Positions 59,376-64,000 of a stretch of 64,000 nucleotides of DNA are shown piece after piece. Origin of the DNA: an uncultured Arcobacter sp. (GTDB lineage: Bacteria > Campylobacterota > Campylobacteria > Campylobacterales > Arcobacteraceae); assembly GCA_965140705.1 (NCBI GenBank), contig OZ223300.1:416001-480000 (forward strand). The letters are read 5' to 3'. The notes under the pieces were generated by a model, which saw only the letters and a program-made list of their open reading frames with translations, made no database searches and was not told where the DNA came from. The position numbers and the translations under genes are program-made. Each line of letters begins with the position of its first letter. The first letter of the stretch is position 1.

Positions 59376-61463
59376 ATTAGTAGGTATTTTTATTTTAAAG
59401 TTTGCTCCAAAGTATTCTTTCTCTTTATAAAAAAAGTTTATATTTTGAGCACTAAGTTCACCATCAAAATGTTTTGTTATAATTTGTTCACTCATATAAA
59501 GACCAATACCTGTTCCTTGGGATTTATGTTTAGTTGTAAAATAGGGTTCAAATATTTTTTCAATATTTGATTCTTTTATTCCTCCCCCATTATCTAAAAT
59601 TGAAAATATGATTTTGTTATCAACTTGTTTTACCTCTATTTTTATTAATTTATTACTATTTTTTGTTGCATCTAAAGCCTCTTTTGCATTACTAAAAATA
59701 TTTAGTAATACCTGAATTAATTCATTTTTATAACCAAAAATTTCGCAGTCTTTATATAATGTAATAATCTCAATATCCGTATTCTTGATATTTGCTAATT
59801 TTATTGCACTATTTAATAGTGTAGAAAGTGTAAATTTTTCTTTATTTTTACTTTGTTTAAAAAAGTCTCTAAAGTCATCAATAGTTTGAGAGAGATAATT
59901 TGAGGCTCTTATAATTAAATCAACAGAATCATAGAAAAATTCGTCACTTAATTCTCCAAACTCTTTTTTTATTTTTGCACCACTTGCAGCTGTTGTAATA
60001 GTTGAAAGTGGTTGTCTCCATTGATGTGCAATATTCTCAAGCATCTCGCCCATTGAAGCCATTTTTGCTTGTTGGTAAAATAGTTTTTGTTTTTTATTAA
60101 ATTCTTTTTTTTCTTTTAATTCTTCTGTAATATCTCTAATAATAGAATACACAAAAGTTTTTTTATCTATTTTTATTGCTGATGCATATATTTCTACATC
60201 TTTTATTTCACCATTTGATAAAATATTTTTAGTAATAAAAATATTTTGTTTATTTTCTAAAATATTTATGAATTCTTTTCTTTGATTTTCTATTGTAGAC
60301 ATTGATATATCATTTGCTTTTAAATTCATAAAATCTTTTCTTTTATATCCATAGAAATTAATTGCAGCAGTGTTAATATCAATTATATTTAATGTTGTTG
60401 GATCATATACAATTTTTATTGCCTTAGAACCTTCGAAAATTTGATGATATTTTTTTGTTAATTCATTTAATTCTTGAGTTCTTTTTTTTACATTTTTTTC
60501 CAATTCAGATGTATATTTTGATTTATTATAAAAATGAATTGAAGTAAAGATAGCAATTATTATTAGAGTTAAAAGAATACCAATAAATTTGATAAATTTA
60601 TCAAATTCATAAATATCATTGAGGTCTATCTCTTTTTTCTCTTTAAAGATAATAAAATATCCAATATTTAAACCTTCTAAATCTTTTAGGGTATATGTAG
60701 TGACGATATATTTGTCTATCAATTTATACTCTTTTATTGATAAAAATTCATTAATATTCTCTTTTATAATCTTTTTTAAATTACTTTTAGCATCAAGATT
60801 TGCAACATAATAATCACCTAGAAAATCTTTTGTAAAAGGTTTTCTAATTTGTTCTTTAAATCTTTTATCTGCAAGAATTACTATATTAATTCCCCTTTTT
60901 TTAAACTCTTCTGCAATAGAGTTCATTTTTGTAATCACTTCAACTAAACCTAAAAACTTTTCTCCATCATAAATTGGAACAATATTTTTAAAAGTTATGT
61001 CAAATATACCTACACTTATGATTGATATAATTCTTGGATTTTTAAGTAGAGGCGGTAATTCTTTTCTTATTATTGCTACATTATCATCTTTTTTATTTGT
61101 CCAGCTTCTATATTTACTTATTCCATCTTTATTTATTAAATGTATCCATAGATTTTTAAAATTACTATATTTTTTAATTTTTTCAGATACAACATTCAAG
61201 TTAGAATATGATACTTTTTCATTTTTTAAAAATTTTTTGAAGTTGTTATCTTCTGATAGGGTTAATGCAACATTAAAAGTTGAGTTTTTTTTGTTAAATA
61301 TTGATTCTTCAATTTGACTTTTTAAATTAATTGATGTTTGTATATATTTGTTTTCAGTCAAGCCATCTATTTTTTTTGATAGAAAATAATTAACAAATAT
61401 AAACATAATAAGTATAAGAATAATTAATAAGACTATATAAATTGGCTTTATTGAAGATTGCAC
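59364..61463 (-). CDS. Sensor histidine kinase (Cache-like + PAS)
   Basis: Two TM helices, NIAHQWRQPL, DNGGG, PYFTTK, GTGIGLY. Confidence 0.92.
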   Translation of the reverse strand: MQSSIKPIYIVLLIILILIMFIFVNYFLSKKIDGLTENKYIQTSINLKSQIEESIFNKKNSTFNVALTLSEDNNFKKFLKNEKVSYSNLNVVSEKIKKYSNFKNLWIHLINKDGISKYRSWTNKKDDNVAIIRKELPPLLKNPRIISIISVGIFDITFKNIVPIYDGEKFLGLVEVITKMNSIAEEFKKRGINIVILADKRFKEQIRKPFTKDFLGDYYVANLDAKSNLKKIIKENINEFLSIKEYKLIDKYIVTTYTLKDLEGLNIGYFIIFKEKKEIDLNDIYEFDKFIKFIGILLTLIIIAIFTSIHFYNKSKYTSELEKNVKKRTQELNELTKKYHQIFEGSKAIKIVYDPTTLNIIDINTAAINFYGYKRKDFMNLKANDISMSTIENQRKEFINILENKQNIFITKNILSNGEIKDVEIYASAIKIDKKTFVYSIIRDITEELKEKKEFNKKQKLFYQQAKMASMGEMLENIAHQWRQPLSTITTAASGAKIKKEFGELSDEFFYDSVDLIIRASNYLSQTIDDFRDFFKQSKNKEKFTLSTLLNSAIKLANIKNTDIEIITLYKDCEIFGYKNELIQVLLNIFSNAKEALDATKNSNKLIKIEVKQVDNKIIFSILDNGGGIKESNIEKIFEPYFTTKHKSQGTGIGLYMSEQIITKHFDGELSAQNINFFYKEKEYFGANFKIKIPTNLNS

Positions 61464-61697
61464 TAGAATTCCTATTTGTACTATTAATTGTTTAACAATT
61501 TTATTAGTTAATTTTATGTCTTAAGCAATTAATTATACTCTATTAATGTTAAAATACGAAATAAAAGAATTATCTTTTAATATAAGTAGAGTAATTATTA
61601 TGATAGTTGTAGAAGTATTATAAATTTATTAAATTAGATTTTATTAAAATTAGAGCTTAAAATCGATATTTGTATGTTTAAATTAAAGTAGAAAATT

Positions 61698-62669
61698 CTA
61701 CTTTAATTTAATATATTCGTCATTGATATACATAGTATCACCAAAAACTATTACTTTATCTTCTTCATCAAAAGAGAAATCATATATTTTATCAGTTTTA
61801 AAATCATTAGAAATATTTATCATATATCCTTGAGATTCTAAAGCATATAGAGAATCACCATATGCTAAGGCATAAAACTTAGCAAATTTATATTTTTTTC
61901 TATTCATAACATTTAATGAAATATCAGTTTTAATAATTTGTCCATCAATTGTTGCTAAATAAATATCATTTCCATGTGCTATAATATCTCGTAAATCATA
62001 TTGTTTGATATTTAAAACGCCATCTCCTACAGAGATAACTTTTTTTGAAGTTGCAGCTATAAGAGTGTCATTTACAACATTTAAGTAAATGATATTATTA
62101 AATTGACTATCAGCATCAACAATAATATTTCTAACTACTTTATAGTTTTGTGCAGATACAACTAAAATCTTACCATCTAATGTTGGGAATAAAATAAGAT
62201 TTTGCATAAAATAAGGAGCTGCAATTCTTGTGTCATTTGCTAAAGATTTTGTTAAATACTCTTTAAATATGATTTTCCCATCTCTTAAATCATAAGCCAT
62301 AATTGAATTGTCACTATTTACTATTGCTAAAATATCATCTTTAAGTGATGCAGCAACAACAGCTGTATTTGTAACTATCTCTTTTTTATCCACATAAATT
62401 TTATCTTTTATATTTGTAGAGAGTACTTTCCCCTCATTTAGATTTAAAAATTGAAAACCTTTAGGTATTTTTATCTTTGAAACACCTTTTGCACTAATAA
62501 ATTGACCATTTTCAAGTGTTGCACCATCTCTGTTAAATGAGACAATATCTGAATCAATAGATTTAGTACTTTTATTGAATGATAAAGTATCTTCTGGTTC
62601 AAAATATTGTTTTTTAGAACAAGCAGTAAATAAAATGATTGCTGAAATTAAAATTAATAAATGTCTCAT
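61698..62669 (-). CDS. Beta-rich lipoprotein (possible BamB/PQQ-like propeller)
   Basis: Lipobox FTAC; repeated TLDGKI / TIDGQI blade-like motifs. Confidence 0.65.
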   Translation of the reverse strand: MRHLLILISAIILFTACSKKQYFEPEDTLSFNKSTKSIDSDIVSFNRDGATLENGQFISAKGVSKIKIPKGFQFLNLNEGKVLSTNIKDKIYVDKKEIVTNTAVVAASLKDDILAIVNSDNSIMAYDLRDGKIIFKEYLTKSLANDTRIAAPYFMQNLILFPTLDGKILVVSAQNYKVVRNIIVDADSQFNNIIYLNVVNDTLIAATSKKVISVGDGVLNIKQYDLRDIIAHGNDIYLATIDGQIIKTDISLNVMNRKKYKFAKFYALAYGDSLYALESQGYMINISNDFKTDKIYDFSFDEEDKVIVFGDTMYINDEYIKLK

Positions 62670-62678
62670 TATATACCT

Positions 62679-63257
62679 TTATTTTGTGATTAAGTAATGA
62701 TTTAATAAAGCAACTAAATCTTTAACTTTTGATGTCTCAGGAATTAGTTTTAAAGCATCTTTTGCTTCTTTATATTTCCCTTTTTCAGCCAAAATCAATG
62801 CTTTATTAAATATAGCAAACTCTTTTAATAAAAAATCATTTTCCATTGAAAGATCACCTAATTTATTTACATTTTGTTCTTTCATTGCTTTTTCATATGC
62901 ATATAATTCTTTAAAAAATTTAGCATGGATAGAAATGTCTTTTTTACTATCTCTTTGACTGTAAAGTATTATGTCGTACAGATTTGAATTAAGACCTTTT
63001 AAAGTTTCTAATGCCTTTTCATCATTCGGATTTTTCAATAATTCTTGAAAAATAATGTTTGCTTTTATCGTATTTTGCTCTTTAAAATATGAAGTAAGAC
63101 TTATAGCTATTATTGCAAGTACAATTATTACAATAGCCGATATAATTATAAGTTTATATTTTTTGAAAATTCTTTCAACCCTAACAAAGCTTTCTAGGAA
63201 TTTTTCTTCGCTACTAAGCCCTTCTTTTACGAAATCCATATTGTCTTTTAAACTCAT
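62679..63257 (-). CDS. Single-TM TPR-like protein (YfgM-like)
   Basis: One TM helix then a helical domain with KALILAEKGKYKEAKDALKLI. Confidence 0.65.
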   Translation of the reverse strand: MSLKDNMDFVKEGLSSEEKFLESFVRVERIFKKYKLIIISAIVIIVLAIIAISLTSYFKEQNTIKANIIFQELLKNPNDEKALETLKGLNSNLYDIILYSQRDSKKDISIHAKFFKELYAYEKAMKEQNVNKLGDLSMENDFLLKEFAIFNKALILAEKGKYKEAKDALKLIPETSKVKDLVALLNHYLITK

Positions 63258-63365
63258 TGATTAACCTTATAAAAAATTAGTTATAAGTGTACAAAAATTT
63301 TCATAAAATCTTACTTTTATAAAAAATTCTATATAATACAAACCTATTAAAGCACTGGGGTTAAA

Positions 63366-64000
63366 ATGAATAAATTTATATTATCAATTATAGTTTTAGT
63401 TATTTCACTAAATTTTTTACATGCTGATGTAAAGGCAGATAAAAAAGAAGAACAAAGTAGATTTGAATCATTGTCAAAATTAACAAATGTTATTGGCACT
63501 GTTGAAAAATATTATGTGGATGATTTAAAATTACAAGAAATCGTAGATAAAGCATTAAAAGGTTTAATGCAAGAATTGGATGCACATTCAACATATATGG
63601 ATAAAAAATATTTTAAAGAGATGCAAATCCAAACTGATGGTGAATTTGGTGGATTAGGAATTACTGTTGGAATGAGAGATGGAGCATTGACTGTTATCTC
63701 ACCAATTGATGGTACACCTGCATATGAAGCTGGTGTTAAATCTGAAGATATTATTTTAAAAATTGATGATAAATCAACATTAAATATGAGTTTAGATGAA
63801 GCAGTTAGTTTAATGCGTGGAAAACCAAAAACTTCAATAACGTTGACTGTTGTTAGAAAAGATGTTAGAAAACCTTTAGAAATAAAGATTGTAAGAGATA
63901 TTATTAAAATAGAATCTGTAAAAGCAAAAACTATTGGAAAAGATATTTTATATCTAAGAGTTACAAGTTTTGACAAAAATGTTGTGGCTGGATTAACTAA
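63366..64000 (+). CDS. ctpA: Carboxyl-terminal processing protease, S41 family (3' partial)
   Basis: Read by hand from ATG 63366: signal peptide, YYVD, LDAHSTYM, GEFGGLGI, SPIDGTPAYEAG (PDZ); frame open to the window end. Confidence 0.92.
   Translation, partial: MNKFILSIIVLVISLNFLHADVKADKKEEQSRFESLSKLTNVIGTVEKYYVDDLKLQEIVDKALKGLMQELDAHSTYMDKKYFKEMQIQTDGEFGGLGITVGMRDGALTVISPIDGTPAYEAGVKSEDIILKIDDKSTLNMSLDEAVSLMRGKPKTSITLTVVRKDVRKPLEIKIVRDIIKIESVKAKTIGKDILYLRVTSFDKNVVAGLT

Noticed and set aside
63512..63976. 154-aa minus-strand ORF
   Set aside because: Antisense shadow of ctpA, which the ORF track missed because it runs off the window.

Overview
Very AT-rich bacterial chromosome segment. Gene content, AAGGA-type ribosome-binding sites (RBS) and extended -10 promoters suggest Campylobacterota, most likely Arcobacteraceae (inference). 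In order it carries: proVWX; initiator tRNA-Met; an IclR + tripartite tricarboxylate transporter + RraA + PLP-enzyme catabolic unit; a hybrid kinase and response regulator followed by carbonic anhydrase + chemoreceptor; galU-pgi with a SauUSI-like PLD-helicase; an iron region with Fur boxes (small ORF-imelysin-DHOR-imelysin-desaturase-MauG-like, MacAB-TolC, hemP-fiu-ybiX-hydroxyacid oxidase-PepSY); a photolyase/desaturase/LytS-LytTR/Gpx/HemH/ABC1-kinase cluster; thiD; signalling genes; three more tRNAs; an orphan flagellin-like gene; truD; and a partial ctpA. No transposase, integrase, prophage or CRISPR array was seen. Top leads: (1) a 19-bp motif exactly 16 nt upstream of a -10 hexamer in all three apparent promoters of the photolyase cluster, suggesting a photo-oxidative stress regulon; (2) a candidate ~110-nt sRNA with an anti-Shine-Dalgarno seed under a triple 11-bp repeat; (3) a Fur-boxed imelysin operon with two di-heme enzymes including an orphan MauG-like protein; (4) three genes that appear to need ATT/ATA start codons. 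All family calls come from motif reading and recall, not database searches.
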